From: an uncultured delta proteobacterium
GTDB taxonomy: Bacteria > Desulfobacterota > Syntrophorhabdia > Syntrophorhabdales > WCHB1-27
Assembly: GCA_963825005.1 (NCBI GenBank)
Contig: CAWGRP010000009.1
Location: 24,719-88,718, forward strand
Length of the DNA: 64,000 bases
Direction of reading: 5' to 3'
This document shows positions 17,911 through 30,385 of the stretch, piece by piece. Position 1 is the stretch's first letter, and each line of letters opens with the position of its first letter. Below the pieces are notes generated by a model that saw only the letters and a list, made by a program, of their open reading frames with translations, had not been told where the DNA came from and searched no databases. A program made the position numbers and the translations under genes.

Positions 17911-20900
17911 TTAGTGACCTCCCTCTATGACAGGTGCCGGTCCCTCCGCGGCGCCACCGCCGTGAGGTCCTGCTGGTGACGGTGTGACAGGAGACTTCGC
18001 TTTCTTCTTCTTGGCGGATCGTTCTGCAAGGGTGTCGAAGTAGTAGAAGAAGAGAGGTACGTAGAGCATGGCAAGAGTAGTCTCGCCCAACATGCCGCCC
18101 ATGATTCCGGTTCCTATTGAATGGCGGGCGTTGGCACCCGCGCCCGTCGCAATCGCCAGCGGGAGTACGCCGAATATGAAGGCCAGCGACGTCATAACGA
18201 TCGGCCGCAGCCGCTCTTCGCCTGCCTGTATCGTCGCGTCCATGACCGACAGCCCCTGGTGGCGCAGGTCCACGGCAAAAGCGACCCTGAGCACAGCATT
18301 CTTCGCCCCGAGGCCGATCAGCACCAGAAGGCCTATCTGGAAGTAGACATCGTTGTTAAGACCGCGCAGCCAGTTAAAGATAAGTGCGCCGAGGATGCCG
18401 AATGGCACCGCTGTCAGCACGGCGCCCGGCAGGATCCACGATTCGAACTGGGCAGCGAGCACGAGGAACACGATGATGATGCCGAATATAAAGGCGTTTG
18501 CCGAGGTTCCCCCGGATTTCTTTTCCTCGTAAGCCATGCCTGACCAGGCGACATCATACCCGGAGGGGAGCACCTCTTTTGCGACCTCTTCCATTACCTT
18601 GATTGCAGTACCCGAGCTGAAGCCGGCCGCGGCGTTACCGGTGATCTGTGCTGCCGGGAACCCGTTGAAATGCGGCACCAGGTCAGGCCCGGTCACGTAC
18701 TTGGTGGTCACCAGGGCGGAGAGAGGAACCATTTTGCCGTCTTGAGACCTCGTGTAGAGCTTGGTAATGTCCGAAGGGGTCCGGCGGTATGGAGCATCCG
18801 ATTGGAGGATGACATTCCAGACACGGCTGTATTCGTTGTACTGGCTCACCTGGATGGAGCCGAACTGAGCTTGCAGGGCATTGTACACATCGGATACCGG
18901 CACTCCGAGAAGCACCGTTTTTGAGCGGTCGACTTCCGCCCGCAGCTGTTGCGATGCTGCCCGGAACGTGGTGTTCAGGCCGGTTAACTCCGGCCGTGTG
19001 CGGGCCTTGGCCAGGAACTGCTGTGTAATCTCATTCAGGCGCGCAGGGTCCCCGGCTGCTTTATCCTGAATCCAGAACTCAAAGCCGCCCGTAGTGCCTA
19101 TACCCATGATAGCCGGTGGCAATATCGGGATGAAGCGACCCGTGTCTATCGTGCGCGCTCCGGCAGCGATCTCTTTCATTACGGCCTCGGCGTTTTCCTT
19201 CTCGGCGCGCTTCTTGGAAGAATAGCGCTCCTCGAAGTCTTTGAACGTTACAAAAAAGGTCGCGACGTTTGGTTTGTACTGGGCGTCAATTATGCTGTAG
19301 CCGTTGATGATCGTCCGGTTTGCCACCGCCTCATTTTTGGCGTACAGCTCGTCTATGCGGCTTGAGGTCTGAACCGTGCGGTTCAGACTGGCAGAGTCGG
19401 GCATGATGAGCTGCCCCATCATGTAACCCTGGTCCTCATTGGGCACAAAGGCTGTCGGGATTATCTTGAAGAGGTGCACGAGCGCATAGATGAGAAAGGC
19501 AAGGATGATAAGGGCGATGGTCACCCGCTTGATCATGAGCACGACCAGGTCCCCGAAGCCCGTGGTGAATCGCGCGAAACCCCGGTTGAACCAGGCGAAG
19601 AACCGGTTAACATACCCCATGATACCCGTCTGTTTGGGCGTGCTGTGTTTCAGCAGGAGACCGCACATCGCGGGGCTCAAGGTGAGCGCCACGAATCCGG
19701 AGATGGCGACCGAGATGACGATGGTGATGGCGAACTGCTTATAAAGCTGCCCGGTGGTGCCGGGAAGGAAAGCCGCGGGAATAAAGACCGAAGCCATGAC
19801 GAGCACGACGGAAATGAGCGCGCCGCTGATCTGCTCCATGGCCATGGTCGTGGCCTCTTTGACAGATTTGTGCTCCTTGGACATTATTCGCTCAACGTTC
19901 TCCACCACGACAATGGCATCGTCGACCACCATTCCTATGGCAAGCACCAGACCGAAGAGTGTGAGCAGGTTGATGGAAAAGCCGAGCGCGAGCATGCCGG
20001 CGAACGTGCCTATCAACGAAACGAAGACAGCAACAATACAGATGATCGTGGAACGGAAACTCTGCAGGAAAAAGTAGACGACCAGTACGACGAGAATGAT
20101 AGCTTCAAAGAGAGTGTGGATCACCTCGTCGATAGAGAGGCGCACAAAATCGGTGGTGTCAAGCGCTACGATGTACTCGATGCCCGCGGGCATTGTTGAC
20201 TTCAGGTCCTCCATCACCTTGCGGACCTGTTTGGAGACGTCGAGACCGTTCGCGCCCGGCTGCTGGTAGACGATGATAGGGGTTGCGGGCGCCCCGTTCA
20301 GGATGTTTTGGTCGATGTACTGCCTGCGGCCGGTCTCTGCACGGGCAACATCCTTCACGCGGACGATGGCGCTGCCGTCAGGGTTGGCGCGCAGTATGAT
20401 GTCTTCGTACTCTGAAGGCTGCACGAACGGCTGTTGCGTTATAACCGGGAAAGGTCAACTGCACGTCCTTGGCACCCGGTTGCTGACCTACCTGGCCCGC
20501 ACCGTAAAGGGCATTCTGTTTCGCAATCGCATTCTGGATATCGGTCGTAGTGATCGACATGGCGGCCATCTTGTCCGGATTCATCCAGACGCGCATCGCC
20601 TGGTCAGGAACGCCGAAGATCTGTGCCTGGCCCGCGCCGTTCACCCGCTTGATCGCATCGAGTATATAAATGTTGGTATAGTTGGTGACGTACTCGGCGC
20701 TGTACCGGCCGTCCTTGTTGAAGACCGAAATGATCATCAGAGGAGTAGCCGACTTTTTCTGCACCGATACGCCATACTGTATGACCGCTTCCGGAAGCTG
20801 CGGCATGGCAAGGTTGACGCGGTTCTGCACCCACACCTGGGCCATGTCGGGATCCGTGTTCAGCGTGAAATAGACGGTTATCGTCATCTGCCCCGTGTTG

Positions 20901-21154
20901 GAACTGGTCGATGTCATGTAGAGCATGTTGTCGACGCCGTTGATCTGCGCCTCGATGGGTGCTGCTACCGAGTCGCCGACTGTCTTGGAGTCAGCCCCGG
21001 GATAGGTGGTCGTCACCTGCACCGTGACCGGCGTGATCGTCGGGTACTGCTCTATCGGCAGGGCTTTCATCGCGACCAGTCCGCCGATGACAATGATTAA
21101 CGAGACGACCGTAGCGAAAATGGGCCGGTCTATGAAGAACTTGGAGAACGTCAT
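17911..21154 (-). pseudogene. RND multidrug efflux permease (AcrB/HAE1 family), frame broken once
   Basis: ORFs 20378..21154 (N-terminal MTFSKFFIDRPIFATV) and 17911..20424 are colinear with AcrB-type pumps. One extra C/G in the CCCGG run near 20446 restores ...LTFPVITQQPFVQPSEYEDI... Confidence 0.85.
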
Positions 21155-21169
21155 AGTTCGGTCCCTCCC

Positions 21170-22411
21170 TTATCTATCGCCCAAGGCGGGTTCTTTTTTT
21201 TCAGCAGCAGCTTTCGATGGGGCAGCGGCCGCAGCGGCTTGTGCAGCGGAGGCTTGTTCTTTGATCTTGACAGGCTCCCCGGGCCGCAACGCGAGGCCAC
21301 CGTCAATGACCACCACGTCCCCTGCGTTTAGTCCCTCGGTGATGAACCAGTTGTTTCCCATCCAGTCGCCGACCACCACCGGCCTCTGCTCTGCCTTGGC
21401 CTCTTTGCTCACCACCCAGACGAAGTGGCCCTTGCTCCCTTGCTGTACCGCCCGTTGCGGCACGAGAATCCCGTTCGGGCGCCTGGCGCCCAGGAGTTGT
21501 GCGCGCACGAACTGGCCGGGCCGCAGCGTCCCGTTCGGGTTTGCAAAGGTTGCACGCACCAGGAACGTGCCTGTTTGCGGATTATATTCCGCGTCGGCAA
21601 ACGTAATCTTTCCTCTTTGTGGGTATTTCGAACCGTCAGCAAGCGTGATGTCAACTTCGTAGGTGCCTTCTTTAGGCAAGATAATCTGACCCAGGGCTGC
21701 CTGACCACGGTACTTCAGTACGTCGTTCTCGGATACGCTGAAGTTGACCCAGATCGGATCGACCTGTGCTACGTAGGTAAGAAGGCTATTGGCCTGACTG
21801 ATGTAAGCCCCCTCCTGCACGCGCGCGTAACTCGAAAGCCCGGTCACGGGAGAACTTATCGTGGTATAACCAAGGTTGAGCTTCGCCTGATCAACGTTAG
21901 CCTTTGCCGTTTCTACGGCTGCTGCTGCAGCCTGTTCCTGTCCGGTGGCATCGTCAAGGTCCTTCTGCGACAACGCGTCCTGTTCGACCAGAGGCTTTAC
22001 CCTGGCAAGGTTCGCACGTGCGGTAGTGAGGCGGGCCTGCTGTTGAGCCAGCGCGCCCTGTTCCGCTTCAAGTTGCGCCTGGAAGGGCTTGGGGTCCATC
22101 TTGAACATGACATCGCCGGCATGGACAAGGCTTCCCTCGTTGTACGTCCGCTTGTCAAGGAAGGCATTGACGCGCGCGCGGATCTCCACCTGGTGCGAGC
22201 TTTCCGTGCGACCTACAAACTCGACCGCTATGGGCGTGTCCTTAGGTTCGATCTTCATAGCGGTCACTTCCGCGGGTGGCCGTGCCTGGGGAGCTTCTTT
22301 TTTCCCGCAGCCAGGAAGCGCTACGAGCGCGAAGAAAGCGGTTAGAAGCACCACCAAGCCCCAGGATTTGATCTCTCGATTTCCGTTCAACGTCAGATAT
22401 CTTTTTTCCAT
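21170..22411 (-). CDS. RND efflux membrane-fusion (periplasmic adaptor) protein
   Basis: Lipobox LPGC, coiled-coil hairpin and beta-barrel regions typical of AcrA/MexA, and an Ala-rich tail. The start was moved to MEKRYL. Confidence 0.85.
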   Translation of the reverse strand: MEKRYLTLNGNREIKSWGLVVLLTAFFALVALPGCGKKEAPQARPPAEVTAMKIEPKDTPIAVEFVGRTESSHQVEIRARVNAFLDKRTYNEGSLVHAGDVMFKMDPKPFQAQLEAEQGALAQQQARLTTARANLARVKPLVEQDALSQKDLDDATGQEQAAAAAVETAKANVDQAKLNLGYTTISSPVTGLSSYARVQEGAYISQANSLLTYVAQVDPIWVNFSVSENDVLKYRGQAALGQIILPKEGTYEVDITLADGSKYPQRGKITFADAEYNPQTGTFLVRATFANPNGTLRPGQFVRAQLLGARRPNGILVPQRAVQQGSKGHFVWVVSKEAKAEQRPVVVGDWMGNNWFITEGLNAGDVVVIDGGLALRPGEPVKIKEQASAAQAAAAAAPSKAAAEKKEPALGDR

Positions 22412-22499
22412 GCTCGCCACCTCTGGATTAGACACTATTTCGCCCGATGGGCTCTTTACGACAAAAAATGGATATCGGCATGATACCAGATTTCATTCT

Positions 22500-22547
22500 A
22501 ATGTAGAAGAAAAGAAAGAATCGTGTCTATGGGACCTTGGTCCTATA
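22500..22547 (-). promoter_or_regulatory. Palindrome-fused promoter of the RND efflux operon
   Basis: Palindrome TATGGGACCTTGGTCCTATA (22528-22547). On the minus strand: -35 TAGACA (22524-22529), 18-nt spacer, -10 TACATT (22500-22505). Confidence 0.5.
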
Positions 22548-22554
22548 CCGGAAA

Positions 22555-22743
22555 CCAGTTGCCAGTGGCCAGTAAGAAAATAAAACAGTGGCCAGTAAAT
22601 GCAAAAAAGAGTTACCAGTGGCCAGTGAGGGCGGAAGCTACTTCTACATACTGGCTACTGGGCACTGGCAACTGGCTACTGAGTTGTCCTGGCTACTGAC
22701 AACTGGCACTATACTGGCCACTTCTCTTTACTGGCTACTGGCC
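22555..22743. repeat. Heptamer-word dyad element C (CCAGTGG / CCACTGG, CTACTGG)
   Basis: Left arm CCAGTTGCCAGTGGCCAGTAAG...CAGTGGCCAGTAA...TTACCAGTGGCCAGTGA, a short spacer, then right arm ACTGGCTACTGGGCACTGGCAACTGGCTACTG...ACTGGCTACTGGCC. It overlaps the aor stop codon. Confidence 0.7.
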
Positions 22744-24471
22744 CAGTTCCCTGATAGCCTTTGCATACTCTTTCGTGAGAGCATTGAGGTAGTCGTGGTC
22801 CACGGTCCCCTTCGCGGTTGTTACCTCATAGAAACGTTTCGGGATCGTCACCTCTTCCGGTTTGTAACCGGTCGCAAGACGCATTTTCCACCGGAGCTGC
22901 TGAATGTTCCGACCGACAGGCCCGAGGTTATCCGCAATTGAGCCGTATCCGACGCTCTTGAGGCACGCTGTCAGCATTTCATCCGTATAGACTCCGCGCG
23001 CAAAGAGACAGGAGACCATGGAGGTGAGGAGCGCTCTTCCCTGCTCGTCCTTGACCAGAAAATCTACTGCCTTAGACACATCTTTGCCCTTCTCCTTCTG
23101 ATCAAAAGAGTAGCCGCCGCTGTCCAGATGCGAGTGGCGGAAGCCCAGCGCCTGGGAAGCAAAGTAGACCTCACCTGTCGCATAACCCGCCATCTCCTGG
23201 CCGAGAACGCAGGCGTACTCCTTTCCGCCGTAATGCTCCGCCGCCTTGAGCGTGCCCTGTGCGAGGAGAGTATAGAACTCGTTCGTGGACCTGCCCAGAT
23301 GCTCCATCGCCTGTTTATAGCCCTCGGTGTCGCCGAAGGAGAGGCGGACGATAGTCTCCTTTTCCGAAATGACCCCCTTCTCCGTGGCCTCAGTCGCCCA
23401 GGCCAGGGCAACGCCCGCTGACATCACGTCGAGCCCCACCTTTTCAGAGATGTCAATGATCGCGAGCACGTGAAAAGGGTCGGTAACCGAAAGCATCGCC
23501 CCCACGGCAAATATCGGCTCGTGATCATAGGAAACCTGCCGGTAGATGTAGCGGTGTTCCTTGGTGTACCGTTCACGCACGAACCCTATGTGGATGCAAC
23601 CCACCGGACAGCCTGCGCAGGCCGCATTTCGAAGCAGGACATCGTCCGCGAATTTTTCACCTGAGATGCTGCTCATAGCCGGGTCGGTCGTCCGCTGGAG
23701 GTTACGGATGGGCAGCATCTTCGTTTCGTTCAGCACGGCCATGTTGATCGGCGTGCCGATGTCGTGATACTTCATCATGTCCTTACCGGTAACCTTGGTA
23801 TAGGTCTCCTGAAAGACCTTCGGGTACTCTTTCGAATCCGGAAGCGAAAACGATGCGTCACCCTCGATTAAGATAGCCTTGAGATTCTTGCGTCCCATGA
23901 CCGCTCCTCCGCCAAGCCTTCCGAAATGGCGGTACGTGTCGGCGTTGATGGCTGCCATGGCAGAGCCGTTCTCGCCGGCCGGCCCGATGCGCATGATGGT
24001 CCGGTGACCTGAGCCACGCTTGACGAGGCCGCGGAGCATTCTTCCCGACTCAAAAACGTCCTTTCCCCAGACAAAGGGGAGTTCCTTTATCACCAGGTTT
24101 TGTGAGGCAACGCCGATACAGGAAGGGTTTGCAGCCTTGCCGACAATAACCAGCGCATCGAGATCGGCAAATCGAAGGGCCAGGGCCGATCGGCCGCCGG
24201 CGTGACTTTCAGCGTACTGGTCGTGATAGGGCGATTTGAAAGCACAGACGGTCTTGCTCATGAGCGGGAAATAGCCGGTGAGAGGACCGATAGCGAAGAT
24301 GAGCGGCTGATCGGGATCATCCCATGGTTTGTCCGGATGGCCGTATTTACTGAATAACAGGGCCGCGAGTCCGCTGCCACCGACAACCGTATCACGCCCA
24401 TCGAGTGTTACCACGTTGCCTCGACCGGTAGCGAGGTTAACGAGCAAAATTCTAAAGTTGTCTCTGATCAT
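22735..24471 (-). CDS. aor: Aldehyde:ferredoxin oxidoreductase family (tungstopterin) enzyme
   Basis: 578 aa with AOR N-terminal and catalytic domains colinear with the family, including the Cys-rich region NAACAGCPVGCIH. Confidence 0.8.
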   Translation of the reverse strand: MIRDNFRILLVNLATGRGNVVTLDGRDTVVGGSGLAALLFSKYGHPDKPWDDPDQPLIFAIGPLTGYFPLMSKTVCAFKSPYHDQYAESHAGGRSALALRFADLDALVIVGKAANPSCIGVASQNLVIKELPFVWGKDVFESGRMLRGLVKRGSGHRTIMRIGPAGENGSAMAAINADTYRHFGRLGGGAVMGRKNLKAILIEGDASFSLPDSKEYPKVFQETYTKVTGKDMMKYHDIGTPINMAVLNETKMLPIRNLQRTTDPAMSSISGEKFADDVLLRNAACAGCPVGCIHIGFVRERYTKEHRYIYRQVSYDHEPIFAVGAMLSVTDPFHVLAIIDISEKVGLDVMSAGVALAWATEATEKGVISEKETIVRLSFGDTEGYKQAMEHLGRSTNEFYTLLAQGTLKAAEHYGGKEYACVLGQEMAGYATGEVYFASQALGFRHSHLDSGGYSFDQKEKGKDVSKAVDFLVKDEQGRALLTSMVSCLFARGVYTDEMLTACLKSVGYGSIADNLGPVGRNIQQLRWKMRLATGYKPEEVTIPKRFYEVTTAKGTVDHDYLNALTKEYAKAIRELGQ

Positions 24472-24908
24472 GGATGCACCTCACTTTTCACGGATCTCCC
24501 CCTCGTGATCTCGCTCAACTCAAGGCACTCGTGAGGGCAAAAGGGGACGCACCGGCCACAGTGGATGCAGACAAACGGGTCTCCTGTTTGATCGAGGTAG
24601 ATGGCGTCCACGGGGCAGGCTTTGGCGCATTTGCCGCAACGAATGCAGAGATTCTTTTTCACTATTACGCCTCCGTCCTTGCGCTGGCTGTAGGCGCCTG
24701 TGGGGCAGGCTTCAGCGCAGGGAGCAGGGTCGCAAGCCACGCACGTCCTGGCCACAAAACCGGTGGAGAGCCCTCCTGATGAGCCTATGCGGATACCGGC
24801 GGTATCCCATGAGAGGTTCTTGTGTATAAGGCGGGCGCAGGCAAAAGAACAGGAGTGGCAGCCGATACAGCGCTCCATTCTCGGTGTTGTCAACATTTTC
24901 ATCTTCAA
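24468..24908 (-). CDS. 4Fe-4S multicluster ferredoxin (AOR partner)
   Basis: Several CxxCxxCxxxC(P) motifs (CIGCHSCSFAC, CIRCGKCAKACP, CIHCGRCVPFCP). There is a 4-nt overlap with the aor start. Confidence 0.75.
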   Translation of the reverse strand: MKMKMLTTPRMERCIGCHSCSFACARLIHKNLSWDTAGIRIGSSGGLSTGFVARTCVACDPAPCAEACPTGAYSQRKDGGVIVKKNLCIRCGKCAKACPVDAIYLDQTGDPFVCIHCGRCVPFCPHECLELSEITRGRSVKSEVHP

Positions 24909-24980
24909 TCTCCTTCTCTTTCCATTGCTACTGTCAATTCCAAGCCTTTCTATTCATCACCAACTTCAAAAGAAAACACC

Positions 24981-25214
24981 TTTTCGTCGCAGATAAGAGC
25001 GGATAAAAGCTGTGATGAACGCAGATAATTTATCTTTGACCGCCTGTGTGATAAAGCCGCACAGCCGGTCAACCCAGCACCTCCGGTGGGGTAAATTTCA
25101 CTCGCGGAGCGACGGAGTGTGGACAGCATTGACGTTGTATCACAATGCTGCACACGGTCAAACTCATCTGTGTACATCTCTCTTGGCTCTTATCTGCGTT
25201 AATCTGCGATAAAA
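24981..25214 (+). repeat. R240 structured inverted-repeat element, copy 1 (MITE-like)
   Basis: Terminal inverted repeat TTTTCGTCGCAGATAAGAGC / GCTCTTATCTGCGTTAATCTGCGATAAAA. Internal hairpins GACCGCCTGTG...CACAGCCGGTC and GTGGACAGCATTG...CAATGCTG. Confidence 0.8.
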
Positions 25215-25230
25215 TTCTTCATTAGCTAAT

Positions 25231-26864
<1,634 letters not shown>

Positions 26865-26889
26865 TTCTGACTCCTTTTATCTTCACACC

Positions 26890-27636
26890 CTAGGACTTCT
26901 TCAACTGGTCTGCTACCGCCTTTGCCGCTTTTTCAATCGCTTCCTGATCTCCCAGGTAATAGCTGCGGATTGCCTTAAGGTCATCTTCAAGTTCGTACAC
27001 CAGGGGTATTCCTGTAGGAATATTAAGACCGACAATGTCATCATCGGAGACGTTGTCGAGATATTTGACCAGGGCGCGAAGACTATTGCCATGCGCGGCA
27101 ATTACCACTCTCCTGCCTTCTCGCACTGCCGGAGCGATTGTGTCATGCCAGTACGGCAGGAACCGCGCAACCGTATCTTTGAGCGCCTCCGTCAGAGGGA
27201 CCTCTTCAGGCTTAAGGTGCGCATAACGCGGATCCTTACCCGGATAGCGCTCATCATCCTTTGTGAGTGCCGGAGGCTGGATGGCGTAACTTCTACGCCA
27301 GATTTTCACCTGATCCATCCCGTGCTTTTCAGCGGTTTCTGCCTTGTTCAAACCCTGCAAAGCGCCATAGTGGCGCTCGTTGAGCCTCCAGCTATTATGA
27401 ACCGGTATCCACATGAGGTCCATTTCCTCAAGCGCAAGCCAGAGTGTCTTGATGGCCCTTCTGAGCACAGAGGTGAACGCCACGTCAAAGACAAACTTTT
27501 CCCGTAAGAGGAGTTTGCCGGCCTCCACCGCTTCTTGCCTGCCTTTGTCGCTGAGATCCACGTCGGTCCATCCGGTAAAACGGTTTTCCTTGTTCCATGT
27601 GCTCTCGCCATGGCGAAGCAGTACCAACTTTTTCAT
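26890..27636 (-). CDS. gpmA: 2,3-bisphosphoglycerate-dependent phosphoglycerate mutase
   Basis: [25 protein letters not shown] catalytic His motif. 248 aa, intact. Confidence 0.9.
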   Translation of the reverse strand: MKKLVLLRHGESTWNKENRFTGWTDVDLSDKGRQEAVEAGKLLLREKFVFDVAFTSVLRRAIKTLWLALEEMDLMWIPVHNSWRLNERHYGALQGLNKAETAEKHGMDQVKIWRRSYAIQPPALTKDDERYPGKDPRYAHLKPEEVPLTEALKDTVARFLPYWHDTIAPAVREGRRVVIAAHGNSLRALVKYLDNVSDDDIVGLNIPTGIPLVYELEDDLKAIRSYYLGDQEAIEKAAKAVADQLKKS

Positions 27637-27666
27637 CTCCTTGCCTCCTAATGATCGAACACAGCC

Positions 27667-27903
27667 TTTTTATCGCCGATAAAAGCGGATAAAAGCTATG
27701 ATGAACGCTGATAGTTTATCTTTGACCGCCTGTGCGATAAAGCGGCACAGCCGGTCAACCTGGCAGCACCTCCGGTGGGGTGAGACTTGCGCGGGAGCGC
27801 TGAAGGTGTGGACTGCATTGCCGTTGTATCACAATGCTGTCCACCGGTATACTCATCTGCGTACATCTCTCTTTGCCTTTATCTGCGTGCATCTGCGATA
27901 AAA
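27667..27903 (+). repeat. R240 element, copy 3
   Basis: Aligns end to end with copies 1, 2 and 6. Hairpin GTGGACTGCATTG-N11-CAATGCTGTCCAC. Confidence 0.8.
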
Positions 27904-27939
27904 TTCTGTCCTTTGTCTGATTTCACCATCAGCATCCTC

Positions 27940-29371
27940 TCACCGTGCCAGATCGATGATCTGCATGCTGTGATTGGCATCCGGATGCCGTGATGAAGGC
28001 CCCTCAATAACAACGGCTAAACTCCCATCCAGACCATGTTCATTCACCCACGCTCTCACATAGTCGTTCCAGTGGTCTGGTAATTGCGGCTCACAAACCG
28101 GATGAACACTTGACGAGAACTGGAGCTGCCGGCATGTCGCCTCATGCCTGCTCACCGCTACTACCCAGACGGGGAAACGAAACCTTGCGATGCTCCGTGC
28201 AGTGGCGCCACTCCGCGTCGGGACGAAGACTGCTGCGGGCGTTACCCATTGGAGGCCTGATTCCACCCCAATAGCTATGAGATGCTCCGGCCGAATTTTT
28301 CCCCTCAGGTCAATGCCCTCGTACAACGCTCTTACCGTGGTCATGGGCCGATGTTGCTCCACTGCGTGAGCGATCTTTGCGAGCATCGCAACAGCATCAA
28401 CAGGATACTTTCCCATAGCCGACTCGCCCGACAACATGACGCAATCCGTGCCGTCGAGGATTGCGTTCGCGACATCGGTTGCCTCAGCGCGGGTGGGACG
28501 GCGATTATCGGTCATCGATTCGAGCATCTGTGTTGCCGTAATCACCGGTTTTGCGTACATGTTCGCAAGACGCATCAGCCGCTTCTGGACCACCGCAATC
28601 TCCTCTATCGGAACTTCCACGCCCAGGTCTCCACGGGCAACCATGATACCATCGGCAGCCACGACAATCTCATCGATGTTATCGAGCGCGCCGGACCGTT
28701 CGATCTTGGCGATGATGAAGGGATGGTAGCCGAGGTCTGCCGCCGCCTTCCGCACCGTGTTTATATCTCCGGCGTTCTCAACGAAAGATTGGCTGACGGC
28801 GTCAACGCCGTTCTCAAGCGCGAATGCAAGGCATTCGCGGTCGCGCGGCGTGAAGGCGCTGATGCCGAGGTCAATGCCGGGAAGGTTGAGCCCCTTGCGG
28901 GAACGAAGCTCGCCGCCGACCCGCACGGTGCAGATCACGTCGTTACCGGTCACGCGGTTCACTTCGAGCTGGATGTAGCCGTCATTCAGGAAAAGCGTGT
29001 TCCCGGGTTTTACCGCCTTCGGAAGGCCGGCAAAGGAGACGGAGACGCGGCTCTGCATCACCGACGATATCGTCGGTGGTCAGCGTGAACGGATCGCCGG
29101 GGCTAAGGTTGATCGGCTCCGAGGCAAATTTTCCGATACGCATCTTCGGGCCCGAAAGATCGGCCATGATCGCAATGCGCCGACCAAGTGATGCTGACAC
29201 GGCCCGCAGGTTCTCGATTACCTTCTTATGAGCCGCGAAGTCTCCATGAGAAAAGTTGAGCCGGGCAACGTTCATGCCTGCTTCAATCATCTGCTTCATT
29301 ACGTCTGGAGATTCAGACGCAGGTCCTATGGTGCAGACGATCTTGGTCTTGGGTGCAGTGATCTTCATCAT
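27940..29371 (-). pseudogene. pyk: Pyruvate kinase, frame broken once
   Basis: ORFs 28982..29371 (TKIVCTIGPAS...NFSHG) and 27940..29061 (MVARGDLGVE...) join if one extra nucleotide near 29056 is removed (...DDIVGD-QSRVSVSF...). Confidence 0.9.
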
Positions 29372-29420
29372 TTCCTCCCTGCCAACAATGATTCATGCCG
29401 GCCACTTCGTTAGACAAGGC

Positions 29421-29695
29421 TTTTATCGCAGATCGCAGCATCCTGTAAGGATAAAAACGGATAAAAGCTATGATGAACGCTGATAGTTTATCTTTGACCG
29501 CCTGTGCGATAAAGCGGCACAGCCGGTCAACCCCAGCACCTCCGGTGGGGTGAGACTTGCGCGGGAGCGCTGGAGGTGTGGACTGCATTGCCGTTGTATC
29601 ACAATGCTGTCCACCGCCACACTCGCCCTTACAGGAGGCTTCGCACTCTGCGCATATCTCTCTTTGCTCTTATCGGCGTGCATCTGTGATAAAAA
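29421..29695 (+). repeat. R240 element, copy 4 (long variant)
   Basis: Same core plus an extra complementary pair, GCAGCATCCTGTAAGG (left) / CCTTACAGGAGGCTTCGCACTCTGCG (right). Confidence 0.8.
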
Positions 29696-29725
29696 TCCTT
29701 CCTTTGCTCATGAGCCTCGAAGTCC

Positions 29726-30268
29726 TTATGCGGTCAACTCCATCAACACATGCACTGACTCGCGCGACGGTGTCTTCTTAATCGCAAGACCGCTTCGCGT
29801 AAAAACCTTCAGCATCGCTTCGTTCGAGGGGAGGACCTCTGCCTCAAACTGTGTGATTCCCGAGTCGCGGGCGATCGCGAGCAGGTGCTTGAATATGAGC
29901 GATGCGATCCCGAGGCCCTGAAATCTGTCATCGACAAGGAATGCCACCTCTGCCTTTTGTCCTGCCCCCGATGTTCCGCTACGGATGTACCTGCCGCCTG
30001 CTACAAGCTGTTCTTTCCCATTTTTCTCCAGTGCAGCGACAAGCGCAACCGTATTTACGAAATCGACCTCGGTGACTTTTTTCAAGCCTTCATCGGAGAT
30101 ATCGTTCTTCATGGTGAAAAGTCGGCGGTAGATCGAATCGGCGCTCACTCCGGCCAGTGCTTCGACCACGAGGCCCTTATCATCAGGTCGCACAACCCGT
30201 ATAACCATCGACCGCTGATCTCTCAACCGCTCAGTAACGGAATAATTGACGATGTCATCTCTGTTCAT
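29726..30268 (-). CDS. Pat-type GNAT (protein lysine) acetyltransferase domain protein
   Basis: AEVAFLVDDRFQGLGIASLIFKHLLAIARDSGITQFEAEVLPSNEAMLKVF matches the acetyl-CoA-binding core of Pat/PatA-type GNAT domains. The start was moved to MNRDDIV because the upstream 25 codons are heptamer repeat D. Confidence 0.7.
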   Translation of the reverse strand: MNRDDIVNYSVTERLRDQRSMVIRVVRPDDKGLVVEALAGVSADSIYRRLFTMKNDISDEGLKKVTEVDFVNTVALVAALEKNGKEQLVAGGRYIRSGTSGAGQKAEVAFLVDDRFQGLGIASLIFKHLLAIARDSGITQFEAEVLPSNEAMLKVFTRSGLAIKKTPSRESVHVLMELTA

Positions 30269-30309
30269 TTCGACCGTCGATCCTCGCCGCCACACTTCTG
30301 TCTTCCACC

Positions 30310-30380
30310 GGTCACTGATAACTGATAACTGGTCACTGGTCACTGGTCACTGGTCACTGATAACTGGTCACTGATCACTC
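30310..30380. repeat. Heptamer-word array D (GGTCACT / GATAACT), single arm
   Basis: GGTCACTGATAACTGATAACTGGTCACTGGTCACTGGTCACTGGTCACTGATAACTGGTCACTGATCACTC. I saw no complementary arm. Confidence 0.7.
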
Positions 30381-30385
30381 TCATT

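Noticed and set aside
19474-20199. Long antisense ORFs overlapping confirmed genes (also 20273-21100, 21425-22345, 45099-45767, 54484-55173, 59088-59798, 61359-62339).
   Set aside because: These are shadow ORFs on the strand opposite strongly supported genes. Their composition is biased (Arg/His/Asp/Gly-rich), and they have no recognisable domains and no RBS.
25012-25212. Conserved-looking 64-68-aa ORFs inside R240 copies (also 26668-26862, 27698-27901, 35101-35307, 40063-40266), e.g. ...VWTALTLYHNAVHGHTHLRTSLIALICVHLR.
   Set aside because: The similarity is at the nucleotide level. Indels between copies switch the frame, so the same DNA reads LSLTACAIKRHSRS in copy 3 and LDRLCDTAAQPVNP in copy 6. 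The opposite strand gives ORFs too, there is no RBS, and the region is dominated by stem-loops. It is non-coding repeat sequence.
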